A stretch of 64,000 nt of DNA, taken from positions 4,575 through 68,574 of the forward strand of contig JBAWWL010000009.1 of assembly GCA_037146775.1 (NCBI GenBank), written 5' to 3'. Below the pieces are notes generated by a model. That model did no database searches, was not told the origin of the DNA, and worked only from the letters and a program-made list of their open reading frames with translations. Below are positions 53,811-62,529 of the stretch, in pieces (the first letter of the stretch is position 1; the number at the start of each line of letters is the position of its first letter). Source of the DNA: Candidatus Omnitrophota bacterium. Lineage in GTDB: Bacteria > Omnitrophota > Gorgyraeia > Duberdicusellales > 4484-171. Both the position numbers and the translations under genes were made by a program.

Positions 53811-54946
53811 AGTTTTTCTAAATACTCCTTTGTGCGCTGACGCGCCCAGGTATCCCACCAAAATACATCTTCGATACGTTCAACGGTTTTTTTAGGATAA
53901 TGCTGAAAGATATATTCCATCACCTTATAGATATCGGTAAACTTTATTTTCTTTTGTAAAAAATACGATATCGCCACCTCATCGCAGGCATTGAGTACTA
54001 TTAACGCATTATCTTTACGCCTGGCCGCCTCAAGAATAATCTTTAAAAGCGGGAAATCGTTATAGCGTAGCGGTGCAAATGAAAGCGAAAAATTTTTTAC
54101 CTGGCCCCTGTCGGTAGCTATTGGCCAGCGTGTAGGATAATTAAGCGCAAAAGCGATAGGAATGCGCATGTCCGGCGGATAAAGGCAAGCAAAAAGCATT
54201 CCGTCATGACATTCCACCAATGCGTGGATGGTTGACTCTCGATGCAGCATAATACCGATTCTTTCATAAGGAAGATTAAAGAAATAGTGGGTTTCTATCA
54301 CTTCAAACCCCTTGTTCACCAGCGTCGCGCTATCGACGGTAATACGCTGGCCCATCTTCCAGGTAGGATGAGACAAAACCGTTTTAACATTCACCTTATG
54401 CAAATCTTTCTTCTTATAATTGAAAAGCGCCCCGCCGGAAGCAGTGAGATATACTTTTCCAAAATCATGCCGAGGGCCACAAAGTTGGAAAAGCGCATTG
54501 ATTTCGCTATCAACCGGAATAATTTCCGTGTTGTTTCGTTTAGCCTGAGCGAATATGAAATTACCGGCAGTTACCACCGACTCTTTATTCGCCAGCGCAA
54601 TGCGTTTTGTATGTTTCATATTAATGAGAAGGGGCTTCAGACATGAAATACCCGCTATCGCCATCAAAGAAATATCACTCGAAACCGAAGAAAACTCTTC
54701 TAAACCTGTTTTCCCTGCAAATAAAGTAATCGTACCATTTAAGCTGCCACGCAGCTTTTCTGCCTCTTTCTCATCAACCACACAAACATGCGAAGGAGAA
54801 AATGCCTTAATCTGCGCCCGCAATGATTGCGTATCTCGATGAACACAGAGGCCTTTCACCTTGAAACCATTAGGATTTTGTGCTATCACATCAAGCGCAT
54901 TTTTTCCTACCGAACCGGTTGAACCGAAAATAACGATTTCTTTCAT
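53804..54946 (-). CDS. dxr: 1-deoxy-D-xylulose 5-phosphate reductoisomerase
   Basis: GSTGSVG, ALANKES, PVDSE, DSATLVNKGFE; start placed at MKEIV. Confidence 0.95.
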   Translation of the reverse strand: MKEIVIFGSTGSVGKNALDVIAQNPNGFKVKGLCVHRDTQSLRAQIKAFSPSHVCVVDEKEAEKLRGSLNGTITLFAGKTGLEEFSSVSSDISLMAIAGISCLKPLLINMKHTKRIALANKESVVTAGNFIFAQAKRNNTEIIPVDSEINALFQLCGPRHDFGKVYLTASGGALFNYKKKDLHKVNVKTVLSHPTWKMGQRITVDSATLVNKGFEVIETHYFFNLPYERIGIMLHRESTIHALVECHDGMLFACLYPPDMRIPIAFALNYPTRWPIATDRGQVKNFSLSFAPLRYNDFPLLKIILEAARRKDNALIVLNACDEVAISYFLQKKIKFTDIYKVMEYIFQHYPKKTVERIEDVFWWDTWARQRTKEYLEKLC

Positions 54947-54972
54947 CTGTCTTGTGCTACTTCCATGCGTTG

Positions 54973-55788
54973 TCACGGTATGGGCAAATCTAAGCTGCCC
55001 CGCATCATAGTGACATATAAATAAAAAGTGGGTGCGGTAAAAATTATACTATCGACAACATCAAGCACGCCACCCATACCCGGGAAAATTTTTCCTGAAT
55101 CTTTTACCTGACAATCACGCTTAATCAACGATTCAAAAAGATCGCCCAGCTGCGAGATAATAGCCAAAATAATGATTAAAAAGAATTTTTCCCAAAAACT
55201 TAATGTCGTAACAAAAAGAGAGAAAATAAGCCCGACAAATAGGCTTGTGAAGAATCCCCCCACCGCCCCCTCCAAGGATTTCTTTGGACTCACACGTTCC
55301 AAGAGCGGAGTTTTACCATAGGCTTTTCCCCACAGATATGCTCCGATATCACACGATTTTGTCACCACAACTAAAAATGCAACCAGTAGCGCGCCTTCCG
55401 GAAGCTGTCTTATCCTAATCAAAAAACTAAGACACCAGGAAATATAAATAATACCGAATACGGTCGCAGAAAGAGAAAGGATCGCCTGGTGGGTTTCTTT
55501 ACGGGTCAACTCAAGCAAAAATAGCATAAAAAGGCCAATCACGGCAAATAAAAATTGCCCGCCCTCTTTTACGGAAAAATGAAAATAAATCGTTATCGGT
55601 ATAAACAGGCCAACGGCAATACCGAAAAATTTAAATAAGCGCACCCCTTTTTTCTCTACCATGTAGAAAAATTCATACAATCCTATTACAATAAGTGCAG
55701 TAGTGACTATACCGCACACGGGGTAATATGTCGAAGCGATCACGACAACACACCCCAACAGAAGCGACGATAGTATCCTCTTACCCAT
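54973..55788 (-). CDS. cdsA: Phosphatidate cytidylyltransferase
   Basis: SPKKSLEG, GDLFESLIKR..VKDSG..FPGMGGVLD; start probably MGKRIL. Confidence 0.93.
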   Translation of the reverse strand: MGKRILSSLLLGCVVVIASTYYPVCGIVTTALIVIGLYEFFYMVEKKGVRLFKFFGIAVGLFIPITIYFHFSVKEGGQFLFAVIGLFMLFLLELTRKETHQAILSLSATVFGIIYISWCLSFLIRIRQLPEGALLVAFLVVVTKSCDIGAYLWGKAYGKTPLLERVSPKKSLEGAVGGFFTSLFVGLIFSLFVTTLSFWEKFFLIIILAIISQLGDLFESLIKRDCQVKDSGKIFPGMGGVLDVVDSIIFTAPTFYLYVTMMRGSLDLPIP

Positions 55789-56485
55789 AAATTTGGCCAA
55801 ACCTTCTTTCTCTGTCTGAGTATACTTCAACGGCTTTTTTCAGCTCTTCCTTGTTGAAATCAGGCCAATACACTTGAGTAAAATACAACTCAGCATACGC
55901 AAGATTCCAGAGTAAAAAATTACTGATGCGTTCTTCACCGGAAGTACGTATGAGCAAATCGGGATCCGGAAGACCATTGATGGCAAGATAATTCTTAAAA
56001 ATATCTTCGTTAATAGCTTCAACAGAGATCTTGCCGGATTGACAGTCACCAAGCAGCTTTTGCGCCGCCTGTAGGATATCCCACCGGCCGCCATAATCCA
56101 AGGCAATATTAAAAACGAAGGCGCCGTTAGAACAAGTAACAGCTTCTAATTCCTGCATCTTTGCAATAATCGACGTCTTAATCCTATCGCGGCGGCCAAT
56201 AAAATTTACTTTTATTTCTTCGCGCATCAACTCGTCACGATAATTTTTTATAAAATCCTCCAAATATTTAAAAAGAAAATCAATTTCTTTTTTTGGCCTA
56301 TCCCAATTTTCCGTAGAAAATGCAAAAATCGTCAGCACCTTGATACCTAATGCCTTTGACTCCCTGACGATCTCCTTGATTCTTTTCGCTCCTTCATGAT
56401 GCCCGGCAATGCGAGGCAACCCTCTTCTTTCTGCCCACCTTCCATTACCATCCATAATGACAGCGACATGACACGGAATTTTCAT
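55781..56485 (-). CDS. uppS: Undecaprenyl diphosphate synthase
   Basis: IMDGNGRWA, FSTENW, IRTSGEERISNF. Confidence 0.96.
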   Translation of the reverse strand: MKIPCHVAVIMDGNGRWAERRGLPRIAGHHEGAKRIKEIVRESKALGIKVLTIFAFSTENWDRPKKEIDFLFKYLEDFIKNYRDELMREEIKVNFIGRRDRIKTSIIAKMQELEAVTCSNGAFVFNIALDYGGRWDILQAAQKLLGDCQSGKISVEAINEDIFKNYLAINGLPDPDLLIRTSGEERISNFLLWNLAYAELYFTQVYWPDFNKEELKKAVEVYSDRERRFGQIYG

Positions 56486-56554
56486 ATTTTTTTAGCAAAT
56501 ATCTTTTTTACGCATTTTTAGTATACTTATAATACTTTTTTATCGTCTCTACCA

Positions 56555-56582
56555 AAAATGAAGGGGGCATTCTGCCCCCTTC
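56555..56582 (-). terminator. Rho-independent terminator
   Basis: Perfect 10-bp stem GAAGGGGGCA/TGCCCCCTTC followed by ATTTTT on the minus strand. Confidence 0.8.
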
Positions 56583-56615
56583 GTAAAAAACTTGGCTATT
56601 GGCTGCGTAAGCCTA

Positions 56616-56960
56616 CTACTTTTTTTCCTTCACATCTTCCTTTACTTTCATTAGTTCGTCTTTAAGGTTGTCTTCCAGTTTATCTTTCAGCTTTTCCAAC
56701 CTTGCTATTTCTATCTTGAGTTCGTCCATTTTTACCTTAGTGCTGCCAAGCTCGTCAGACACACCCTTATTTTTCTCGAGCAAAGAAACATTTTCTGCCT
56801 TCAATTCTTCTACTTTCTTCTCTAAAACCATATTCTTTTTAGCCAAATCATCACGATGCCCCGACAACGAATTAATTTGCACTAAAAAAGACACCGCGGC
56901 GATAACCAATACCATAATGAGACCGACAAGCAAACTTAAGATTAACGGCTTATCTTTCAT
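56616..56960 (-). CDS. Membrane-anchored coiled-coil hypothetical protein
   Basis: N-terminal TM helix then heptad-rich helix; ATGA overlap with the upstream gene; GGAG RBS. Confidence 0.8.
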   Translation of the reverse strand: MKDKPLILSLLVGLIMVLVIAAVSFLVQINSLSGHRDDLAKKNMVLEKKVEELKAENVSLLEKNKGVSDELGSTKVKMDELKIEIARLEKLKDKLEDNLKDELMKVKEDVKEKK

Positions 56961-57613
56961 TTCAGCTCCTCCTCTTTTTCAACCGTTTCTTGGACACCTT
57001 CGTCAGCTATACTTTTTTTATCGACTTTCTTGACAGTTTTAGGCAAAATGACGATCTCGACCCTACGATTAAGCCGTCTTCCTTGTACAGTATCATTGGA
57101 AGAAACCGGATGAAACTCTCCATAACCGCTTGCTGAAAGCCTTTGGGAATGGACGCCTTTCGATTCTAAATATCGAAGAACGCTCAATGCTCGATGAGAG
57201 GATAATTCCCAGTTTGATGTCCACTTAGAATGCCTTATCGGCTCGTTATCCGTGTGGCCTTCTATGCCTATATTATTCTCTGGAGCATTCTCTACAAGTA
57301 TCTTTGCTACTTTCGCTAAACTCGATAGACTTTCTGATTTCAGATCAGCTTTACCGGAATCAAAAAGCACTTCGGAAACAAAGGTAATTACCAAACCTTT
57401 ATCTTCCATGCTCAATCTTACCTGTTTATCCTGTATCTCCCGAGCCAATGCTGTTTCTAACACGCCTTTGGTATTACGCAATGCTTCCAGCTCTTTTTCC
57501 AAAGACTGTATCTTCTCGATATCCGAACGCCTACCTGACTGGAAAATAATAGAACAGCCGCTTGCCAACAATAAAGAAAAAACCAGAAAAAATACTGTCC
57601 ATAACCTTTTCAT
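56957..57613 (-). CDS. OmpA/MotB-family peptidoglycan-binding lipoprotein
   Basis: Lipobox LASGC; LFDSGKA, EGHTD, NWELSSHRA, NRRVEI; AGGAGG RBS. Confidence 0.9.
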   Translation of the reverse strand: MKRLWTVFFLVFSLLLASGCSIIFQSGRRSDIEKIQSLEKELEALRNTKGVLETALAREIQDKQVRLSMEDKGLVITFVSEVLFDSGKADLKSESLSSLAKVAKILVENAPENNIGIEGHTDNEPIRHSKWTSNWELSSHRALSVLRYLESKGVHSQRLSASGYGEFHPVSSNDTVQGRRLNRRVEIVILPKTVKKVDKKSIADEGVQETVEKEEELK

Positions 57614-57641
57614 GTGACCCTCCTTTTAGATAATTAGATTT

Positions 57642-57670
57642 AAGGTATCATAATTAAACGGTAAAGTCAA
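57642..57670 (-). promoter_or_regulatory. Putative sigma70 promoter for the OmpA-family gene
   Basis: TTGACT-N17-TACCTT with an extended TG on the minus strand. Confidence 0.55.
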
Positions 57671-57916
57671 GTGCTTTGATAGTTCGAAAACTAACGGTAA
57701 TTGTTAGCGTTTTCTATATCTGCACCTTACACAATAGGTGACTATCCGCATCAATAATGGCCTATAAAAAGAATGTAAATATGCGGGCGGAATGATTCGT
57801 ATGTAATCTTCGAAACGAGTCGAAGTCTTACCGCAGTCAAATCATTACATCCGAATATTCGCCTTTGCCACTGCCTAACCTTCAAAAGCCTGAAACCTAT
57901 GTATTAGAGAATATAA

Positions 57917-57968
57917 CGGAGAGGGTGAGATTTGAACTCACGGTGGACACAAGGCCCACACCGGTTTT
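57917..57968 (-). pseudogene. 3' half of a tRNA-Ser (anticodon 3' strand, long variable arm, T arm, acceptor 3' strand)
   Basis: AAAACCGGTGTGGGCCTTGTGTCCACCGTGAGTTCAAATCTCACCCTCTCCG. Confidence 0.75.
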
Positions 57969-58069
57969 TCCGCCAAAATTTATCGAGTAAATTTTGGCGC
58001 GACCTCGCCTCATCAAATATTAAAGTGGCGGGCAAGACCGCCAAATTATAAATTATTTTTTAAAAATCA

Positions 58070-58156
58070 CGGAGGCGGAAGGATTCGAACCCTCGATGCC
58101 CTTACGGGCATAACGGTTTTCAAGACCGCCGCATTCAACCACTCTGCCACGCCTCC
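58070..58156 (-). tRNA. tRNA-Ser(UGA), CCA not encoded
   Basis: GGAGGCGTGGCAGAGTGGTTGAATGCGGCGGTCTTGAAAACCGTTATGCCCGTAAGGGCATCGAGGGTTCGAATCCTTCCGCCTCCG folds as a class II cloverleaf. Confidence 0.95.
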
Positions 58157-58271
58157 GAATCAACCAAAACCGAAGTTTTGATCTCGTTTTGTTGTTTACT
58201 GCTTTATCCAAAAAATGGTTGGATGTATACTTTAAACCATTTACACCTTCGCTTACAGCGAAGCATACATA

Positions 58272-58292
58272 CAACCACTCAGCCACCTCTCC
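58272..58292 (-). pseudogene. 5' fragment of a tRNA-Ser (acceptor 5' strand plus start of the D arm)
   Basis: GGAGAGGTGGCTGAGTGGTTG; GGAGAGG pairs with CCTCTCC of the 57917 fragment. Confidence 0.65.
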
Positions 58293-58492
58293 TTAGTGTT
58301 TCTTAGGTTTTTGGAGTCTACCGCAGGTAGCGAATAAAAACATTAGAAACACTTGTCTCGACGCATTCTCGGGAAATTTCGTAGAAATTTACTGAGTATA
58401 TAGATGCGTCGAGGTTATGTCAAAATAGCATCTACCTTAGCATTTCTTAAGTTTTTCGATTCCAATAGAACAAACAAATACCTAATAGCCGC

Positions 58493-58999
58493 TTACCGTT
58501 TCGCCTTAAAAAAATCTTTCAAGAGCTGGCTGCAATCTTTTTCCAAAATACCTTTTTTAACTTTAATTTTATGGTTTAATTTTAGCCTATTAATATCTAT
58601 TTTTGACCCAAAAGCGCCAGTCTTAGGATCAGAGGCAGCAAACACCACCTTCTCTATCCGCGAAAGGATAAGTGCACCCGCACACATTGCACACGGCTCC
58701 ATTGTAGCATATAAGGTACAGTTGTGAAGCCATTTTGACTTCAAGGCAGCGGTGGCTTGTGTAATTGCAAGCATTTCTGCGTGGGCAGTCGGATCTCTCA
58801 ATCGTTCCACCTGATTATGAGCTTGAGCAATAATTTTATTTCGGTAAACAACAACCGCGCCCACCGGAACTTCATCTTCCTCAAAGGCACATTGCGCCTG
58901 AAGCAGAGCTTTTTGCATATAAAATGTGTGGCGGAAAGACTTATGCAGATAGTGCAGGGCATTCACGCTATTGTTATGACTTGCTATTTCTGAAGCCAT
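58493..58999 (-). CDS. tadA: tRNA adenosine(34) deaminase (true start may be downstream)
   Basis: EVPVGAV, PTAHAE, EPCAMC, DPKTGA. Confidence 0.95.
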   Translation of the reverse strand: MASEIASHNNSVNALHYLHKSFRHTFYMQKALLQAQCAFEEDEVPVGAVVVYRNKIIAQAHNQVERLRDPTAHAEMLAITQATAALKSKWLHNCTLYATMEPCAMCAGALILSRIEKVVFAASDPKTGAFGSKIDINRLKLNHKIKVKKGILEKDCSQLLKDFFKAKR

Positions 59000-59044
59000 G
59001 CGTATTTTATTTTCGATTATAATTGTATACTCTGGTCAGGCAGG

Positions 59045-60589
59045 TTACATAACCTTTTTGATGACCTTAAAGAATACCTGCGCAACGCCCGGGTCAAAAT
59101 GTTGTCCTGTTTCTTGCCGAATGATACTTAATGCTTTTTGTTTGTTGTACGCTTTGCGGTACGGCCTATCGGAAACAAGAGCTTGATATACATCGGCGAT
59201 AGCGACAATACGGGCACCGAGAGGAATTTCTTCTCCCTTAAGGCCCAACGGATAACCTTTACCGTCAAAGCGTTCATGGTGATACAAAATCGCCGGTATA
59301 GCGCCGCGTAACGAGTGAATTTCTCTCAAAATTTCCGCGGCTGTCCACGGATGCAAATTTATAATCTCGCGCTCTTTGGCCGTGAGCGGCCCTCTCTTGG
59401 AAAGAATGCGTTCATCAATGCCAACCTTACCTAAATCATGAAGCACTGCCGCATGCTTAATGTTCTGGATCTCCGGCTCAGGTAAATGCAACTCTCGAGC
59501 AATTTTCTCAGCGATTAAAGATGTATACTCTACGTGCTTTCCTGTATATGAATCTTTCGCTTCGATCGCACGGGCGAAACCATAAATCATTTCCACGAAA
59601 TCGCGGGTAAGAAGGCTGTTTAGCTTGTCTATTTTGTCTTTAAATATTTCTACACCAACTTTCTGTTTCTGCTTTTCCAAACGTTTCTGCTGAGGCTGCG
59701 AATAAAAAACTATACTGTTCCCACCCTTCTTTTTCGCGGCGACCAAACAAGTATGAAGCGCATTAATAACGTCCTTGACGTTAGCCACATTCTCGCCGGG
59801 AGAAGATACCACGCCTAAGCTTACCTTAATGCTTAGCTTTAAGCCTTTATGGCCAAAACGATGGTTTGTTATCCTTTCTTTCAATCTTTTAACCATAGAA
59901 ACAGCATGTTCCCGGGAAAGATAAGGTAATATCATGAAAAATTGGTCCTCTCTCCAACGGGTAAGAACGTCTTCCTTCCTCAGATTTCTTTTTAAAAGCT
60001 GCGCCAGTTCCTTAATGACATTATCGGCGATAGAGACACCGTACACTTCATTGATTTGGCGAAAATAATCTATATCCACCACGATAAACGAAATAGTATG
60101 CATATGCCTGCGGGCTCTGCTCAACTCCTGGTGAGCTCGATGTAAAAAATAACGCCAGTTATACGAATCAGTGAGAGGATCAGTAAGAACAACAGCTTTT
60201 ATTTTTTTGTTTTTGTAAGAAAGTTCCCGTTCCAAATTATAAATCCTCTCGTGAAGAGTTAATAATGTTTCTGCCCGCCTTAACTTGAAAGCTATATCTT
60301 CTTTACTGTCGGCATCGGTAATACAGTCAAAACAATTATATTTTTTTGCTAACATAACGGCATCGTTACCTAAAGAGGTACGCAGCAGGCACACTTTTGA
60401 ACCAAGCCGGTCAACATCAAGCTTACGTTTTCTCAAAAATCGCTCATCAAAAATAATAAGAGAGAATTGTTCTTTATAGCAGTCGCTTATACTGGAAGTT
60501 TTAGAGAAAGGCCGAGGTAAGTAAATTTTGTTCTTTAGAATACCATCGGCGCAGTAAAGAATATGTTTCATGGTGTACGATTCTATCAT
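59045..60589 (-). CDS. Degenerate GGDEF plus HD-GYP c-di-GMP phosphodiesterase
   Basis: TDPLT...DIDYF...RKED..RWREDQF; LHDLGK, HHERFDGKGYP, ADVYQAL. Confidence 0.9.
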   Translation of the reverse strand: MIESYTMKHILYCADGILKNKIYLPRPFSKTSSISDCYKEQFSLIIFDERFLRKRKLDVDRLGSKVCLLRTSLGNDAVMLAKKYNCFDCITDADSKEDIAFKLRRAETLLTLHERIYNLERELSYKNKKIKAVVLTDPLTDSYNWRYFLHRAHQELSRARRHMHTISFIVVDIDYFRQINEVYGVSIADNVIKELAQLLKRNLRKEDVLTRWREDQFFMILPYLSREHAVSMVKRLKERITNHRFGHKGLKLSIKVSLGVVSSPGENVANVKDVINALHTCLVAAKKKGGNSIVFYSQPQQKRLEKQKQKVGVEIFKDKIDKLNSLLTRDFVEMIYGFARAIEAKDSYTGKHVEYTSLIAEKIARELHLPEPEIQNIKHAAVLHDLGKVGIDERILSKRGPLTAKEREIINLHPWTAAEILREIHSLRGAIPAILYHHERFDGKGYPLGLKGEEIPLGARIVAIADVYQALVSDRPYRKAYNKQKALSIIRQETGQHFDPGVAQVFFKVIKKVM

Positions 60590-60654
60590 ACTTATATCTG
60601 CCTTTCAAGCGTTATGCCCGCTCGGTAACGCAAAATTAGCTTTATATACCTGCA

Positions 60655-61992
60655 TTACTGCGCTTTAAGATAAAAGAAACGCAGGATAAACAATATTGAT
60701 AAAAGATATACCAGCCAGCTTACCTGCCGACCCTTGCCGGTAAAGAATTTTAGAGCCGCATAGCTGATGAAACCAAAAGCGAGACCGGTAGCGATACTAA
60801 ACGTTAGCGGCATTACAAGAATAACCAAGAATGCGGGGATAGACTCGCTATAATCGTGCCAATCAATCTTGGTAATGGATTGTAGCATCATACTCCCCAC
60901 CACAAGTAAAGCCGGAGCAGTCACCGGATGTAGCAACGCGCCGCCGGTTACTTGATAACCACCGCCAATCATCTTCACTAGCGGCGTAAAAAATAAGGTT
61001 ACCAAAAACAATATGCCGGTAACAACGCTGGTCAATCCCGAACGCCCGCCAGAGGCAATACCGGCAGCACTTTCAATGTAGCTGGTCACCGTAGGGGTTC
61101 CGCACGCGGCACCCACGCAAGTCCCCACGGCATCCACAAACATTGCCTTACCGGCTTTGGGCAGTTTTCCCTGACGCATAAACCCACCCAACTCTCCCAC
61201 GCCCGCAAGCGTACCGACGGTATCAAATATATCCATAAATAAAAACACAAAAATTATTGCCGCAAGCCCCAGGTTCAGCGCGCCGGCAATGTCCATTTTT
61301 AAAAATGTTGGCGCCATTGAGGGGGGAGCTGAAACAAATCCCTGGTATTTGACAATTCCAAGCGGTATACCAATCATAGCCGTGATGAGAATCCCCCAAA
61401 GTATCGCGCCTCTTCTCTTCTTTATCAGCAAAACACTCGTGATAACTAAACCAACGATAGACAGAACTGCCGCTGGTTTTAATACATCACCCAAGCCTAC
61501 GAGTGTAGCCGGATGGGCCACAATAAAACCGGCATCAATAAGGCCAATAAAAGCGATCAGAAAACCAATACCACAGGCGGTGGCATATTTAAGAGAAGTG
61601 GGTATGGCGTCTATGAGCGCCTGCCTGACTTTAAACAACGTCAGAATAATAAAGATAAGCCCTTCAATAAAAACACAACCTAGCGCTACCTGCCAGGAAA
61701 TACCCATCGTAAGACACACTGCATAGGTAAAAAATGCGTTTTCGCCCATTCCTGCCGCCAAAGCTATTGGGTAATTAACCCATATGCCCATCATGATAGT
61801 CGCGACAGCCGCTGAAATACACGTAGCCACTAAACTTGAGCCAAAATCCATGCCGGTTTGCGAAATCATCGCCGGATTAACAAAAATAATATACGCCATA
61901 GCCATAAAAGTAGTAGTACCGGCTATTATTTCGGTACGGATATTGGTGCTTAGCTCTCTTAGATGAAAAAACTTCTCAATTATTTTATACAT
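60655..61992 (-). CDS. NCS2 (AzgA/PbuG) nucleobase permease
   Basis: TEIIAGTTTFMAMAYIIFVNP, GMGENAFF, YIESAAGI..GGRSGLT. Confidence 0.93.
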   Translation of the reverse strand: MYKIIEKFFHLRELSTNIRTEIIAGTTTFMAMAYIIFVNPAMISQTGMDFGSSLVATCISAAVATIMMGIWVNYPIALAAGMGENAFFTYAVCLTMGISWQVALGCVFIEGLIFIILTLFKVRQALIDAIPTSLKYATACGIGFLIAFIGLIDAGFIVAHPATLVGLGDVLKPAAVLSIVGLVITSVLLIKKRRGAILWGILITAMIGIPLGIVKYQGFVSAPPSMAPTFLKMDIAGALNLGLAAIIFVFLFMDIFDTVGTLAGVGELGGFMRQGKLPKAGKAMFVDAVGTCVGAACGTPTVTSYIESAAGIASGGRSGLTSVVTGILFLVTLFFTPLVKMIGGGYQVTGGALLHPVTAPALLVVGSMMLQSITKIDWHDYSESIPAFLVILVMPLTFSIATGLAFGFISYAALKFFTGKGRQVSWLVYLLSILFILRFFYLKAQ

Positions 61993-62013
61993 CTGCCACC
62001 CCTAAAATAAATA

Positions 62014-62080
62014 ATCGTACATAGTATATCGCACATAGTACATAGTCGGCGAGTGTATAGTGTTGAGTACATAGTAGTAT
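62014..62080. repeat. Short heptamer array (tacatag-like) upstream of the permease
   Basis: gtacatagtatatcgcacatagtacatagt...gagtacatagt. Confidence 0.5.
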
Positions 62081-62159
62081 GTAATGAAATATTGAAAAGT
62101 TAGGCCTAGCAATGCCCCCTATTCAATCTCTGAAGCACACACAAAACAATGTTCATCAA

Positions 62160-62528
62160 TCATGTTCCAAGGAACTCTGCTATTTTGGCTAGAAGCTTTT
62201 CTGGATCAAAAGGCTTGTTAAGATAGGCGTTCGCGCCGACTTCCTGGCTTAGTTTCTTGTCAGATTCCTGCGCGCGGGCGGTGAGTATAATAATAGGGAT
62301 TTTTTTATATTTTTCATCAAACTTTAAGAAACGACATACCTTATATCCGTCAAGTTTGGGAAGCATAAGATCCAAAATAATTAAATCCGGCGCTTCTTTG
62401 CGCGCCTTGTCAAGGGCCTGCTGGCCGTCAATAGCCTCGAAAACAGCATACCCTGCGGCCTCAACCGTCTGCTTGATAATTTCAAGAATCGTCGCGCTAT
62501 CTTCCGCAATAAGAATTCGCTTTTGCAT
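62160..62528 (-). CDS. Single-domain response regulator (CheY-like)
   Basis: ILIAED, IILDLMLP, LTA, KPF. Confidence 0.93.
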   Translation of the reverse strand: MQKRILIAEDSATILEIIKQTVEAAGYAVFEAIDGQQALDKARKEAPDLIILDLMLPKLDGYKVCRFLKFDEKYKKIPIIILTARAQESDKKLSQEVGANAYLNKPFDPEKLLAKIAEFLGT

Positions 62529-62529
62529 A

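Noticed and set aside
58053-58286. 77-aa minus-strand ORF
   Set aside because: It overlaps the tRNA-Ser gene and the tRNA fragment, so it is spurious.
61993-62159. Purine riboswitch upstream of the NCS2 permease
   Set aside because: The conserved purine-aptamer core was not recognisable; only a heptamer array is seen.
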